Source of the DNA: an uncultured Thermoplasmata archaeon
GTDB taxonomy: Archaea; Thermoplasmatota; Thermoplasmata; Lutacidiplasmatales; UBA184
Reading direction: 5' to 3'
Length of the DNA: 64,000 nt
Assembly (NCBI GenBank): GCA_963797975.1
Contig: CAWCRH010000006.1
Span: 10,754-74,753, forward strand
The translations under genes were made by a program, and so were the position numbers. Of this stretch, positions 10,449 through 19,945 are shown in pieces (position 1 is the first letter of the stretch; the number at the start of each line of letters is the position of its first letter). The notes below the pieces were generated by a model that worked only from the letters and a program-made list of their open reading frames with translations, was not told the DNA's origin and made no database searches.

Positions 10449-11996
10449 TCAACCTTTGATGACGCCCATCGGGGTCAGGCGTGCGACGCGTCGGGTGAGC
10501 CCGGCTCCTTCGGCGACCCGCACGACCTCTTCCACGTTCTTGTAGGCGCCGGGGGCCTCCTCGGTCACGCCCTCTCGCGACGCGGCGCGGACCTGGATCC
10601 CACGCGCGCGAAGTGCGCGGGTGACGTCGTCGTAGCGGAAGGCGCGGACCGCAGCATGCCGGCTCAGCCGCCGTCCTGCGCCGTGGCAGGAGGAGCCGAA
10701 CGACCGCTCCATCGAGGTCGGAAGGCCGACGAGCACGTAGCTCGCGGTCCCCATGTCACCGGGGATCAGCACGGGCTGGCCGAAGCTTCGATACTGCGTC
10801 GGGACCTCCTCCCGTCCTGCCGGAAAGGCCCGCGTCGCCCCCTTTCGGTGGACGAGAACGCGTCGCCGACCGTCCCCATCCGAGTGCTCCTCGACCTTCG
10901 CGATGTTGTGGGCGATGTCGTAGATGACACTCACTCCGGTCTCATCCGGCGCGCGATGGAACGTGGAGGCGAACGCGCGACGGACCCCGTCGGTGATCGC
11001 CTGGCGGTTGGCCCACGCGAAGTTCGCGGCGGCGGCCATCGCCCCCAAGTAGCGCTGGCCCGCGTCGGACGCGATCGGGGCGCAGGAGAGCTGCCGGTCC
11101 ACGAGCGGAGTTCCGTTGGCCTGCAGCGTGCGGTCCATCGCCTGGATGAAATCGGTCGCGACCTGGTGGCCGAGCCCTCGGGAGCCCGTGTGCAGCATGA
11201 CGACGACCTCGTCGACCGCGAGCCCCAGCGCGGTCGCGCAGTCGGGGTACGGGAGGGCGTCGACGCGCTGGATCTCGAGGAAATGGTTGCCGCTCCCGAG
11301 CGTGCCGAGCTGTCGGCTTCCCCGCTTTCGGGCCGCATCGCTGACTTGGGCGGGGTCGGCCCCGGCCAGGCACCCACCCTCCTCCTGGACCGGAAGGTCG
11401 GCCTCGACACCGGCACCCCGTTCGACCATCCATCGGGCGCCCCCGACGAGGACCTCCTCGAGCTCGGAGGGAGAGACCGGATAGCCCCCTTTCGACCCGA
11501 CACCGGACGGTACCCGCCGGTACAGTTCGTCTAGGAGCTCGGTCAGGTGGGGCGTGACCTCGGCGGTCCTCAACCCCGTACGCACGAGCCGAACGCCGCA
11601 GTTGATGTCGTAGCCGATCCCGCCTGGGCTCACGATCCCTTCGTTCAGGTCGAACGCGGCCACCCCTCCGACGGGAAAGCCGTAGCCGAAGTGGATGTCC
11701 GGCATCGCGAGCGCGTTTCGCACGATCCCGGGCAGGGTCGCGACGTTCGCGAGCTGCTGGAGCGAAGGGTCTCCCTCGACCCCTTGGAGCAGGGCCGCGT
11801 CGGAGAAGAGCACCCCCGGCACGCGCATGCCGATGGACGGGTCCATCGGGATCTCGTAGGTGAACTCGTCGCGGGCGATGAGCACGGGGGTCTTCGTCAC
11901 GACCGATGTCGAAATGCCGGTCGTATTAGAGGGAAGAGGGGAGCGGCACCCACCGGCGACAAACCCCAAGTAGGGCGAGCTTCCTACGTCTCCCAA
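10449..11996 (-). CDS. rtcB: tRNA-splicing ligase RtcB
   Basis: RtcB-typical motifs: GYDINCGVR, GSGNHFLEIQ, GTASYVLVG, SSCHGAGR. Confidence 0.9.
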   Translation of the reverse strand: MGDVGSSPYLGFVAGGCRSPLPSNTTGISTSVVTKTPVLIARDEFTYEIPMDPSIGMRVPGVLFSDAALLQGVEGDPSLQQLANVATLPGIVRNALAMPDIHFGYGFPVGGVAAFDLNEGIVSPGGIGYDINCGVRLVRTGLRTAEVTPHLTELLDELYRRVPSGVGSKGGYPVSPSELEEVLVGGARWMVERGAGVEADLPVQEEGGCLAGADPAQVSDAARKRGSRQLGTLGSGNHFLEIQRVDALPYPDCATALGLAVDEVVVMLHTGSRGLGHQVATDFIQAMDRTLQANGTPLVDRQLSCAPIASDAGQRYLGAMAAAANFAWANRQAITDGVRRAFASTFHRAPDETGVSVIYDIAHNIAKVEEHSDGDGRRRVLVHRKGATRAFPAGREEVPTQYRSFGQPVLIPGDMGTASYVLVGLPTSMERSFGSSCHGAGRRLSRHAAVRAFRYDDVTRALRARGIQVRAASREGVTEEAPGAYKNVEEVVRVAEGAGLTRRVARLTPMGVIKG

Positions 11997-12004
11997 GGCG
12001 GGCG

Positions 12005-12268
12005 ATGCAGCTCGGCCGGCTCCTCACCATCATCAATTTCGTCCTTCTCGGCACCGCGATCGCGGTCTACCTCTACCTTCCGTCCGTCGCCGACATCTTC
12101 TTGTACGTTCTGCTGGCGTGGATGTTCGGGAGCATCGTGCTGTTCTACCTCCCCATCTCTCAACGGCGGATCGGCAGTGGTGCGGCGCCTCCTCCGGCCA
12201 CCAGTGCCGCCTCGGCCGGGCCGGGGGAGGAGCCGCGCTCGCCTCGGTCGGACCCGTCGGAGCGATGA
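12005..12268 (+). CDS. small hypothetical membrane protein (2 TM)
   Basis: Two hydrophobic helices (LLTIINFVLLGTAIAVYLYL and FLYVLLAWMFGSIVLFYL). The stop overlaps the next start (ATGA). Confidence 0.3.
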   Translation: MQLGRLLTIINFVLLGTAIAVYLYLPSVADIFLYVLLAWMFGSIVLFYLPISQRRIGSGAAPPPATSAASAGPGEEPRSPRSDPSER

Positions 12269-12381
12269 CCGCCCCGGCCTCCGAGCCCGCGGCCCTCGCC
12301 TTTTGCATCTACTGCGGGACCGACCTCCCGGCGGGTGCGCTCGTCTGCCCGGCTTGCGCTAAGCCGGTACGCCGTATCTGA
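12265..12381 (+). CDS. small Zn-ribbon protein (C-x2-C-x10-C-x2-C)
   Basis: MTAPASEPAALAFCIYCGTDLPAGALVCPACAKPVRRI. The ATG overlaps the stop of the preceding ORF. The ORF track lists a longer upstream extension from 12118. Confidence 0.3.
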   Translation: MTAPASEPAALAFCIYCGTDLPAGALVCPACAKPVRRI

Positions 12382-12399
12382 GCAAGGAGGCCGGAATCG

Positions 12400-12720
12400 T
12401 TGGGGCGGCGACGGAGCTTTGGAGAGTACCCCTTCGTAGCGGTCGCCGCGCTCGTCGGCGCGCTCACGGTAGGCCTCATCGTACTCGGGCTCGAGTTGAA
12501 GTGGGGGATCTTCTCCTACGTCCTCGTCGTGATCCCCATCGCGGTCGCCGCTGCGTATCTGGTCAGCTATGCACGCGTCGCCCCGCCCCCCGTCGTCGCG
12601 CCGCCTCCATCCCCGGCCGCATCTCCGACGACGGACGAGGAAGAACCGTTCATCGACCCGGTCGAGGAGGCGGACCGGATCGCGAGCGGGGAGACCCTTC
12701 CACCTCCGCCCTCGGATTAG
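12400..12720 (+). CDS. small hypothetical membrane protein (2 TM, acidic C-terminus)
   Basis: Two hydrophobic helices, then a Pro-rich segment and an acidic tail DEEEPFIDPVEEADRIASGE. Confidence 0.3.
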   Translation: MGRRRSFGEYPFVAVAALVGALTVGLIVLGLELKWGIFSYVLVVIPIAVAAAYLVSYARVAPPPVVAPPPSPAASPTTDEEEPFIDPVEEADRIASGETLPPPPSD

Positions 12721-13316
12721 TCCGGCGCGATCCGGACCATCGCTTCGTGGGCGCGAACGTTCGAACCGGCGCCCACCGTGATCTGGAGGACCCGGCCGGC
12801 GACCGGGCTCGCGATCTCGTTCCGCATCTTCATCGCCTCGAGGACGAGGAGAACCTGGTCTTTCGCCACGTGGTCGCCCACGCGGACTTTCACCTCGATG
12901 ATCTTGCCGGGCATGGGAGGAACCACCGCGGTCCCCGCCCCTCCTTCTTCGCTCGGTCGTTCCTTGGGGGTCGCCGGGATCACGATCGTCGCAGCCGGCC
13001 TCATGGTGGCCGGTCGGGAAGCTCCGACCTCCGCGCGGACCTCGCTCAGTCGCCACCGTTCCCCGTTCACATCGACCGGTCCCGGCGGCTCCGCGAGCCC
13101 CTTCGGCCACCCCTCGACGACGACCTTCTCGCCGCCGACCTCGAGCTCGATACGGTCGGGAGCCTCGGCGACGACCGTGTACGGGTAGCGGTGCTCCCCG
13201 ACCACCACTGTAGATCCGGCGAGGTCGACCTCGACCGATTCCCGCTTACCGTCGCGAACGATGCTGAGCCGCATCGACCCACCTCCGTTGGCCGAGGAGC
13301 CGGGCACGCCCTTCAT
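12717..13316 (-). CDS. biotin carboxyl carrier protein / biotinyl subunit (1.3S-like), possibly the C-terminal part of the upstream carboxyltransferase
   Basis: Canonical biotinylation motif EAMKM inside a biotinyl-domain sequence ([35 protein letters not shown]). The 130-aa N-terminal region resembles an OadA-type association/linker region. It overlaps the upstream ORF by 70 nt in another frame. Confidence 0.8.
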   Translation of the reverse strand: MKGVPGSSANGGGSMRLSIVRDGKRESVEVDLAGSTVVVGEHRYPYTVVAEAPDRIELEVGGEKVVVEGWPKGLAEPPGPVDVNGERWRLSEVRAEVGASRPATMRPAATIVIPATPKERPSEEGGAGTAVVPPMPGKIIEVKVRVGDHVAKDQVLLVLEAMKMRNEIASPVAGRVLQITVGAGSNVRAHEAMVRIAPD

Positions 13317-14782
13317 GCGCCCAGGGATTGACCGACCCTGCGTCGGCGGCGCGTGGGGCCGACGCCGATCGCGCGGCGGATTCGCGGGGCGCGCGTAGCG
13401 CTCCCACGATCCCGAGCGCCGCGCTCGTCAGGACCTCGTCCTTGAGCCCCTGGTCGAGGGCCGCACGATAGGAGCGGTAGACCTGAGGGAAGACCGCGTA
13501 GGAGAGGACCTCGGCGTCGTCCGCCGCTGGAACGAGCTGACGGACCTCCATGAGCCGCTTTTCGAACTCGGGCGGCAACAGGTCCGCCGGGCGGCCGGTG
13601 ATCGCGGGCTCGTCGCGAGTGACCTTCGCGCGGAGCACCGGATCGAGCGGGCCGGGTGGGCTCCCGTAAAGCCCGCGCACGTAGTCGCGGACCTCCCGAG
13701 TGATCGTGGCATAGCGCGTCCCGGCTAGCACGTTCATGACGGCTTGGATCCCCACGATCTGGCTGGTCGGCGTGACGAGCGGCGGGTAACCGAGGTCGGC
13801 CCGTACGCGCGGGATCTCTTCGAAGACCTCCTGCAGGCGGTCGAGGGCCTCCTGCTCTTCGAGCTGGCTCAGCAGGTTCGAGAGCATGCCGCCGGGGACC
13901 TGGTGGAGCAGGATCTGGGGGTCGGTCTGCAGGGCTCGGATATTGAGCAGGCCGCGGTAATGCTCCAGGACACGGCGGAAGTGTTCCGATATCTCCGCCA
14001 AGGCCCCGAGGTCGAGCTTCGGGTCGTGGTCGGTCCCGCGCCAGGCGCCGACCAGCGCTTCGGTCGGTGGCTGGGAGGACCCACCGGCGAACGGGCTCAG
14101 GGCGCTGTCGACCGCGGTCGCCCCAGCCTCGACGCACGCGAGGCAGGTGAGCGCCGACATTCCGCTCGACGAGTGAGTGTGGACGACCACGGGCAGTCCG
14201 ACCTCTTTGACCAGCACACGGACCAGCCGGGCGCCTTGATCCGGGGGCATGAAACCGCCCATGTCCTTGACACACAGCTCGTCCGAGCCGAGTTCGGCGA
14301 GCCGTCGACCGAGCCGAACGAACGAGCGCTAGGTCATGCACCGGCGACTGCGTGTAGCAGATCGTTCCCTGGGCGATCCCGCCGGCCTTCTTGACCGCGT
14401 CCAGTGCGACCTCCATGTTCCTCGGGTCGTTGAGCGCGTCGAAGACGCGGAAGATCGTGATTCCCTGACGGGCCGACTCCTGGACGAAGCGACGGACGAC
14501 GTCGTCCGGGTAGTGGCGATAGCCGACCAGGTTCTGCCCGCGCAAGAGCATCTGAAGAGGGGTGTTCGGCATCGCCCGCTTGAGCAGGCGCAGTCGCTCC
14601 CACGGGTCCTCTCGTAGGAACCGTAGGCACACATCGAACGTCGCACCACCCCAGACCTCGAGAGAGCGGTAGCCGATGGCATCCAGTTGCTCCGCCACCG
14701 GGAGCATGTCCTTCGTGCGCATCCGCGTCGCGATGAGCGATTGATGACCGTCGCGAAGGACCGTCTCGGTGATCTCGACCAT
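13246..14782 (-). CDS. pyruvate carboxylase subunit B / oxaloacetate decarboxylase alpha-like carboxyltransferase (5S-type), frameshifted
   Basis: The N-terminal 157 aa ([47 protein letters not shown]) lie in one frame. The continuation ([47 protein letters not shown]) lies in a +1 frame from about 14335. The shift is a single extra nucleotide near 14322-14336. Confidence 0.8.
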
Positions 14783-14804
14783 GGAGCCCGACCGTTCGGA
14801 GACC

Positions 14805-16352
14805 TTACAGTGGAATGTTCCCGTGCTTCTTCGCCGGCCGGTCCTCTCGCTTCGAGCTCAAGATCGCGAGGCCGGCGACCAGGCGTGGCCGCGTCTCGGC
14901 CGGGTCGATGACATCGTCGATGTAGCCCCGCTCCGCGGCCAGGTACGGATTCATGAACTGGGTTCGGTACTCCTCGACGGGCCCGTGGTTGCCGGCGCGG
15001 TTACCCGAGCTCCCTTCGCCGGAGCTTCGGAACAGGATCTTGACAGCGCCCTCGGCGCCCATGACGGCGATCTCGGCGCTGGGCCACGCGAAGTTGAGGT
15101 CCCCTCCGAGGTGCTTCGAGCACATCACGTCGTAGGCTCCGCCATAGGCCTTACGGAGGATGACCGTCAGCATCGGGACCGTCGCCTCGGCGTAGGCGTA
15201 CAGGAGCTTGGCACCGTGGCGAATGATCCCGCCGTGCTCCTGCGCGGTGCCCGGCAGGAAGCCGGGGACGTCCACCAGCGTGATGAGCGGAACGTTGAAC
15301 GCGTCGCACGTTCGGACGAATCGGGCCGCCTTCGTCGACGCGAGGATGTCGAGCGTACCGGCGAGCTGAGCCGGGTTGTTCGCGACTAGGCCAACCGCCC
15401 GGCCATCAAGCCGCGCCAATCCGACCACGATGTTTGGGGCCCAGGCGGCGTGGACCTCCAGGAAGGAGGCGGGGTCGACCACGCGGTCGACCACGGAGCG
15501 GACGTCATACGGCGCGTTCGTGTCGTCCGGGACGACCGTCCTCAGCTCGACCGCAGCCGACGCGGGCGGGGCGACCGCGGCCGAGACGGGGGGTTCCTCG
15601 AGGTTGTTGAGAGGAAGGTAACCCAGCAGCCGTCGCGCGAGCTCGAGCGCCTTCGCGTCGTTCTCGGCCGTGAAGTGCGAGACCCCGCTCGTCCCTGCGT
15701 GAGCGTCCGCGCCTCCGAGCTCCTCCAACGATACGGTCTCACCGGTCACTTCCTTCACTACGTCCGGGCCGGTAATGAACATCTGCGAGGTCCCTCGCGC
15801 CATGATGACGAAGTCGGTGATCGCGGGCGAGTAGACGGCGCCCCCGGCGCACGGCCCCAGGACGAGCGAGATCTGCGGGACGACACCGGAGAGGTTCACG
15901 TTCCGTAGGAAGACGTCCCCGTAGCCGCCGAGGCTCACCACCCCCTCCTGGATCCGAGCGCCTCCGGAGTCGTTGAGCCCGACCATGGGGACCCCGGCCT
16001 TTCGGGCGAGCTCCATGACCTTCACGATCTTAGTCGCGTGCGCTTCTCCCAGGGCTCCGCCGAAGACGGTCGCATCTTGGGCAAAAGCGCAGACCGGCCG
16101 CCCCTCGACCTCGCCCCAGCCGCAGACGACGCCATCTCCTCGGACGCGTCGCTCGTCCATGCCGAACCCGGTCGCACGATGGGTGACGAACCGGTCAGTC
16201 TCGTTGAACGTACCGGGGTCGAAGAAGGTCTCCAACCGTTCGCGGGCGGTCATCTTCCCGGCCGCGTGCTGTTTGGCGACCCGCTCCGGACCGCCCCCTT
16301 CCTTCGTCGCGCGCTTCAGAACGTCCCATCGGTCAAACGCTCGACTCATCAC
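14805..16352 (-). CDS. acyl-CoA carboxylase carboxyltransferase subunit (propionyl-CoA carboxylase beta / methylmalonyl-CoA carboxyltransferase 12S-like)
   Basis: 515 aa, colinear with the PccB/MmdA family ([52 protein letters not shown]). Confidence 0.9.
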   Translation of the reverse strand: MMSRAFDRWDVLKRATKEGGGPERVAKQHAAGKMTARERLETFFDPGTFNETDRFVTHRATGFGMDERRVRGDGVVCGWGEVEGRPVCAFAQDATVFGGALGEAHATKIVKVMELARKAGVPMVGLNDSGGARIQEGVVSLGGYGDVFLRNVNLSGVVPQISLVLGPCAGGAVYSPAITDFVIMARGTSQMFITGPDVVKEVTGETVSLEELGGADAHAGTSGVSHFTAENDAKALELARRLLGYLPLNNLEEPPVSAAVAPPASAAVELRTVVPDDTNAPYDVRSVVDRVVDPASFLEVHAAWAPNIVVGLARLDGRAVGLVANNPAQLAGTLDILASTKAARFVRTCDAFNVPLITLVDVPGFLPGTAQEHGGIIRHGAKLLYAYAEATVPMLTVILRKAYGGAYDVMCSKHLGGDLNFAWPSAEIAVMGAEGAVKILFRSSGEGSSGNRAGNHGPVEEYRTQFMNPYLAAERGYIDDVIDPAETRPRLVAGLAILSSKREDRPAKKHGNIPL

Positions 16353-17107
16353 TCTACCTCCACGTCGCCCGTTCTTATCGCTACTCGTTCATAGGCCCGA
16401 ACGAGCCAGAGCTCGCCTTCCTCGCCCAGGGTATCGAGAACGCCGGCGGGCACCCCGTCGACTTTGACCGAGTGACCGACCCCGTAGAGGGCCGCTCGGC
16501 ACTCATCGAGAACGGTCCGTGCCTCGCTCGGAGAACGCAGTCGCTCCCCCGCGCGGAGCGCCGCATGGACGATCCATTCCTCGACGGCCTCCAACGCGGG
16601 CGGAGGACGGACCCAGTCCTCAAGGGCCGCGATTCGGCTCTTCAGCTCTGGCGGAGAGGCGCCGCTCGAGGTCCGCACGTTCACCCCGACCCCGACCACT
16701 TCGGCGATCCCCAAGGACGGCGATTCCACCTCGTCAATCAAGATCCCGGAGATCTTTCGTGGGGGAGATGGACCGTCCAGCATGAGCAGGTCGTTCGGCC
16801 ATTTGAGCACCGGGTCTAGCCCCGTCCGGGCACGGAGGGTCGTCCGAAGCTCGGACCCAACGGCGAGGGCGAGGAGCGTCCGGGGTGCGGGGGGAGCTCG
16901 CACCACGATGGAGAGATAGACACCGGCTCCGGCGGGGGACCACCAGCCGTGGTCGAGCCGACCTCGGCCGAGCCGCTGCGTGCGGGCGACGACGAGGGTC
17001 CCTTCAGCCGCTCCCGACCGCGCCAGCTCGATCGCCCGGTCCTGGGTCGAATCGACGACCTCGTAGAACTCGCGAGGACCCACGATGGCTCCTCCGCTCC
17101 GTGGCAA
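16349..17107 (-). CDS. birA: biotin-[acetyl-CoA-carboxylase] ligase (biotin protein ligase BirA-type, no HTH domain)
   Basis: GRGRLDHGWWSPAGAGVYLS matches the BPL GRGRxxxxWxSPxGxGLxxS biotin-binding motif. 4-nt overlap with the carboxyltransferase gene. Confidence 0.8.
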   Translation of the reverse strand: MPRSGGAIVGPREFYEVVDSTQDRAIELARSGAAEGTLVVARTQRLGRGRLDHGWWSPAGAGVYLSIVVRAPPAPRTLLALAVGSELRTTLRARTGLDPVLKWPNDLLMLDGPSPPRKISGILIDEVESPSLGIAEVVGVGVNVRTSSGASPPELKSRIAALEDWVRPPPALEAVEEWIVHAALRAGERLRSPSEARTVLDECRAALYGVGHSVKVDGVPAGVLDTLGEEGELWLVRAYERVAIRTGDVEVE

Positions 17108-17217
17108 CGCGGACGCGGCATAACTGTTTAAGGTCCGGGCCGGGACCTTATCCTCCCCCTACACTCGGGTCGTCCGTGAGCGAGACAGCGAGCCCGGTCG
17201 CGGCGACCCTCAAGAAG

Positions 17218-17544
17218 ATGGCTCCGGACCTCGAGCGAGAGATTGCGCCGCGACTCCAAGGCTTCATGGGCGCGATCATGCGCTCCTACCTCCCTCAGAC
17301 ATGGGTTTTGCGCACCGAGTCGGAGACCGTGAGCCTAACAGTGGACCGCCAGGGAAAGGCGACGGTGACGCCTAAAGCGCTCCCCGATCCCGATGTGACC
17401 ATCGAAGCCAAACAAGCAACCATGCTGACGTCCCTTTCGCAGGGGTCGAAGACGAAGGCCCGAACGAGCGACTTTCACGTGACGATGCACACGAGCAAGG
17501 GCAAGACCGCTTTCGAATTCCTCCGTACGCGCTTCGGATTCTGA
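17218..17544 (+). CDS. small hypothetical protein, weakly SCP2/sterol-carrier-like
   Basis: About 108 aa from an internal Met of ORF 16885..17544. The C-terminal half (PDVTIEAKQATMLTSLSQGSKTK...GKTAFEFL) loosely resembles SCP2 domains. The upstream part of the ORF is Arg-rich antisense-like sequence. Confidence 0.25.
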   Translation: MAPDLEREIAPRLQGFMGAIMRSYLPQTWVLRTESETVSLTVDRQGKATVTPKALPDPDVTIEAKQATMLTSLSQGSKTKARTSDFHVTMHTSKGKTAFEFLRTRFGF

Positions 17545-17624
17545 GGACCCGGGGAAGGAACGCCCCGGCGGGGGGCTCCCTCCCTCCGCTGGTCGAGGCG
17601 CGGCACCGACTGGTGCGACTGATA

Positions 17625-17637
17625 CGCGAAATTCGCG
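17625..17637. promoter_or_regulatory. 13-bp perfect palindrome CGCGAA-A-TTCGCG upstream of the pst operon
   Basis: Read directly at 17625-17637, 19 nt upstream of the first ATG of the pstS ORF. It is followed by the AT-richer TTCATAGTCGAAAACC. Candidate operator for a phosphate-responsive regulator. Confidence 0.25.
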
Positions 17638-17655
17638 CATTCATAGTCGAAAACC

Positions 17656-18966
17656 ATGCCGTTCCAGTCCGATATATGGACCGCGACCCGTGGAGCGTTC
17701 GTGAGCGGCAACCTGGCGAACGGCGCGAAGGCCCCGGACGCAGCGAACGCACCGACGAATGGAACCACTCCCGCACCGCTCCCCACCCTGCATCGCCGAC
17801 GTTCTATGGCCCCGGTCATCGCGATCGTGGTCGTGCTCGTCATCGTAGCTGCGGGGATAGGAATCGGGTACCAACAGCACTGGTTCGGAGGGGGCGGCGG
17901 GTCCGGCACTCACGCCGGCACCTGTCCCATGGGCGTCACGCTCGCCGGCAACGGAGCACAGTTCGTGAACCCGCTCGTGAGCCAGTGGGCGGCGAGCTAC
18001 TCCTCCCAGACGCAGAATGTCGTGAACTATGTGGACGGCGGGTCGGGCGCGGGCATAACGGACCTCGAGGACACGACGGTCGATTTCGCGGTCACCGATG
18101 ACCCGCTATCGCCCTCCGAGACCGCCGCGATGCCGGGGACCACCCTGACCTTGCCCGTGACGGGAGGGGCGCTCGCGATCCTGTACAATCTCCCCGGCGT
18201 CCCGGGTCACCTCAACCTCTCCGGGGCGGTCCTAGCCGACATTTACCTCGGCAAGATCACCCAGTGGAACGACCCCGCCATCCAAGACAACAACACGGGG
18301 CTCTCGCTTCCGGCCCAGACGATCCAGACGGTCCACCGCTCGGACGCCGCGGGCACGACGTTCGTCCTGACCAACCTGTTGTCGGACGACAGCATAGCCT
18401 GGCATCAGGGCCCCGGCACAGGGATCTCGATCTCTTGGCCCTCGAACCCTCCAGAGTCGGAGGCGATCAAGGGGAACTCAGCGCTGCTGAGCTACGTCCA
18501 AACCACCCACTACACCATCGGCTACTCGGACCTCACGGATGTCCTCACGGCCTCCTCCCCTGTCCAGTACGCCGCCGTCCAGAATCCGACGGGCAACTGG
18601 ATCGTCCCGACGCTCGCCAACACCGCTTCCGCGCTCTGGGATGCCGTGAACACTACCACGTTCCCGACCTCGGCCGGCAACTGGTACGCGGTCAGCGCTG
18701 TCAATGCCCCGGGGGCCACGGACTACCCGCTGGCGACCTTCGCTTACCTGTTCGTCTTCCAGAACGCGAATGTAGGTTTCGAGCCGAGCCTCCAGAAGAC
18801 CCAGGTGCTGAACCAGTGGCTCGCGTGGATCCTGAGCACGGGGCAGACGGAATCGAGCGGACCGAATCTCTACTACGTGGCCCTTCCTCCCACGCTCGTT
18901 AGCATCGACCAGGCCGGGATCCAGACCATCACGTATGGAGGAACGGCGGTCCCTGCCTGCACGTGA
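17656..18966 (+). CDS. pstS: phosphate ABC transporter substrate-binding protein PstS
   Basis: PstS-like sequence with an N-terminal signal-anchor (HRRRSMAPVIAIVVVLVIVAAGIGIG). The probable true start is Met at 17806. Many N-x-S/T sequons. Confidence 0.85.
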   Translation: MPFQSDIWTATRGAFVSGNLANGAKAPDAANAPTNGTTPAPLPTLHRRRSMAPVIAIVVVLVIVAAGIGIGYQQHWFGGGGGSGTHAGTCPMGVTLAGNGAQFVNPLVSQWAASYSSQTQNVVNYVDGGSGAGITDLEDTTVDFAVTDDPLSPSETAAMPGTTLTLPVTGGALAILYNLPGVPGHLNLSGAVLADIYLGKITQWNDPAIQDNNTGLSLPAQTIQTVHRSDAAGTTFVLTNLLSDDSIAWHQGPGTGISISWPSNPPESEAIKGNSALLSYVQTTHYTIGYSDLTDVLTASSPVQYAAVQNPTGNWIVPTLANTASALWDAVNTTTFPTSAGNWYAVSAVNAPGATDYPLATFAYLFVFQNANVGFEPSLQKTQVLNQWLAWILSTGQTESSGPNLYYVALPPTLVSIDQAGIQTITYGGTAVPACT

Positions 18967-19945
18967 GGGCGCGGTAGAGGGTCCCCCTCCCGGGTCGGCA
19001 GCGGTGGCGACCGGACCGAGACGGGACCGGCGCATCCAGCGGCTGGGGGCGTTCGACCGCCTGTTCCACACGGTCACCGGGCTGGTGGCCGCCGGGATTC
19101 TCCTCCTGATCGCGGCCATCTCCCTCGTCCTGGTCACCCAGGCGTACCCATCGATCGTTCACTTCGGGCCCGGGTTCCTTCTCTCCTCCTCGTGGGACAG
19201 CGTCCACAGCAACTTCGGAGCGTTGCCCGCCATCGTGGGTACTCTCGTGACGAGCGTGATCGCGCTCGTGATCGCGGTCCCCATAGCGCTCGGCGCCGCG
19301 ATGTTCATGTCCGACCTTGGCCCCCGGCGCCTGAGGGAGCCGCTCACCTACATCATCGACCTCTCCGCGGCCGTCCCCTCGGTCGTATTCGGGTTCTGGG
19401 CGTTCATCGTCGTGGTCCCGTGGATGCGATCGACCGCGGAACCGGACCTCGCCTGGCTCACGGGGGGCCGCTTTCCCTTCGGCGGACCTCCCCTCGGCCT
19501 CGACATCCTCACCGCCTCGATCGTACTCGCCATCATGATCATCCCGACGGTTGCCGCGCTCTCCCGCGAAGCGCTGCGCGCGGTACCGGCTTCCCAGCGG
19601 GACTCGGCCTTGAGCCTCGGGATGACCCGGTGGGATGCGCTGCGCATCGCGGGCCTACGCCCGGCGGCCCCCGGGATAGCGGCCGCCATCGTCCTCGGAC
19701 TCGGCCGAGCCCTGGGCGAGACGATCGCCGTCCTGATGGTGATCGGCAACATCTACCAGCTCCCGACCTCGCTATTCTCCCCGGGGACCACGCTGGCGAG
19801 CTGGATCGCGAACGACTTCACTGCGGTCGGCCCCGGTCTCGAGATGAACGCCCTCCTCGAGCTCGGAGTGGTCCTGCTGGTCGTCACTGTGGTCGTGAAC
19901 GTGATCGCGCGTTTGTTCTTCCGGCGCATCGCGAAGCTCCCCCGA
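18935..19945 (+). CDS. pstC: phosphate ABC transporter permease PstC (continues in frame into pstA with no stop)
   Basis: PstC motifs (IIPTVAALSREALRAVP, LGRALGETIAVLMVIGN). After about residue 335 the same reading frame continues through a Pro/Ala linker into PstA-like sequence. The boundary coordinate is approximate. Confidence 0.7.

Noticed and set aside
12160-13110. 316-aa minus-strand ORF overlapping the small ORF trio and the BCCP gene
   Set aside because: The translation is extremely Arg/Gly/Asp-rich with no motifs. It overlaps the convincing biotinyl-domain gene in another frame.
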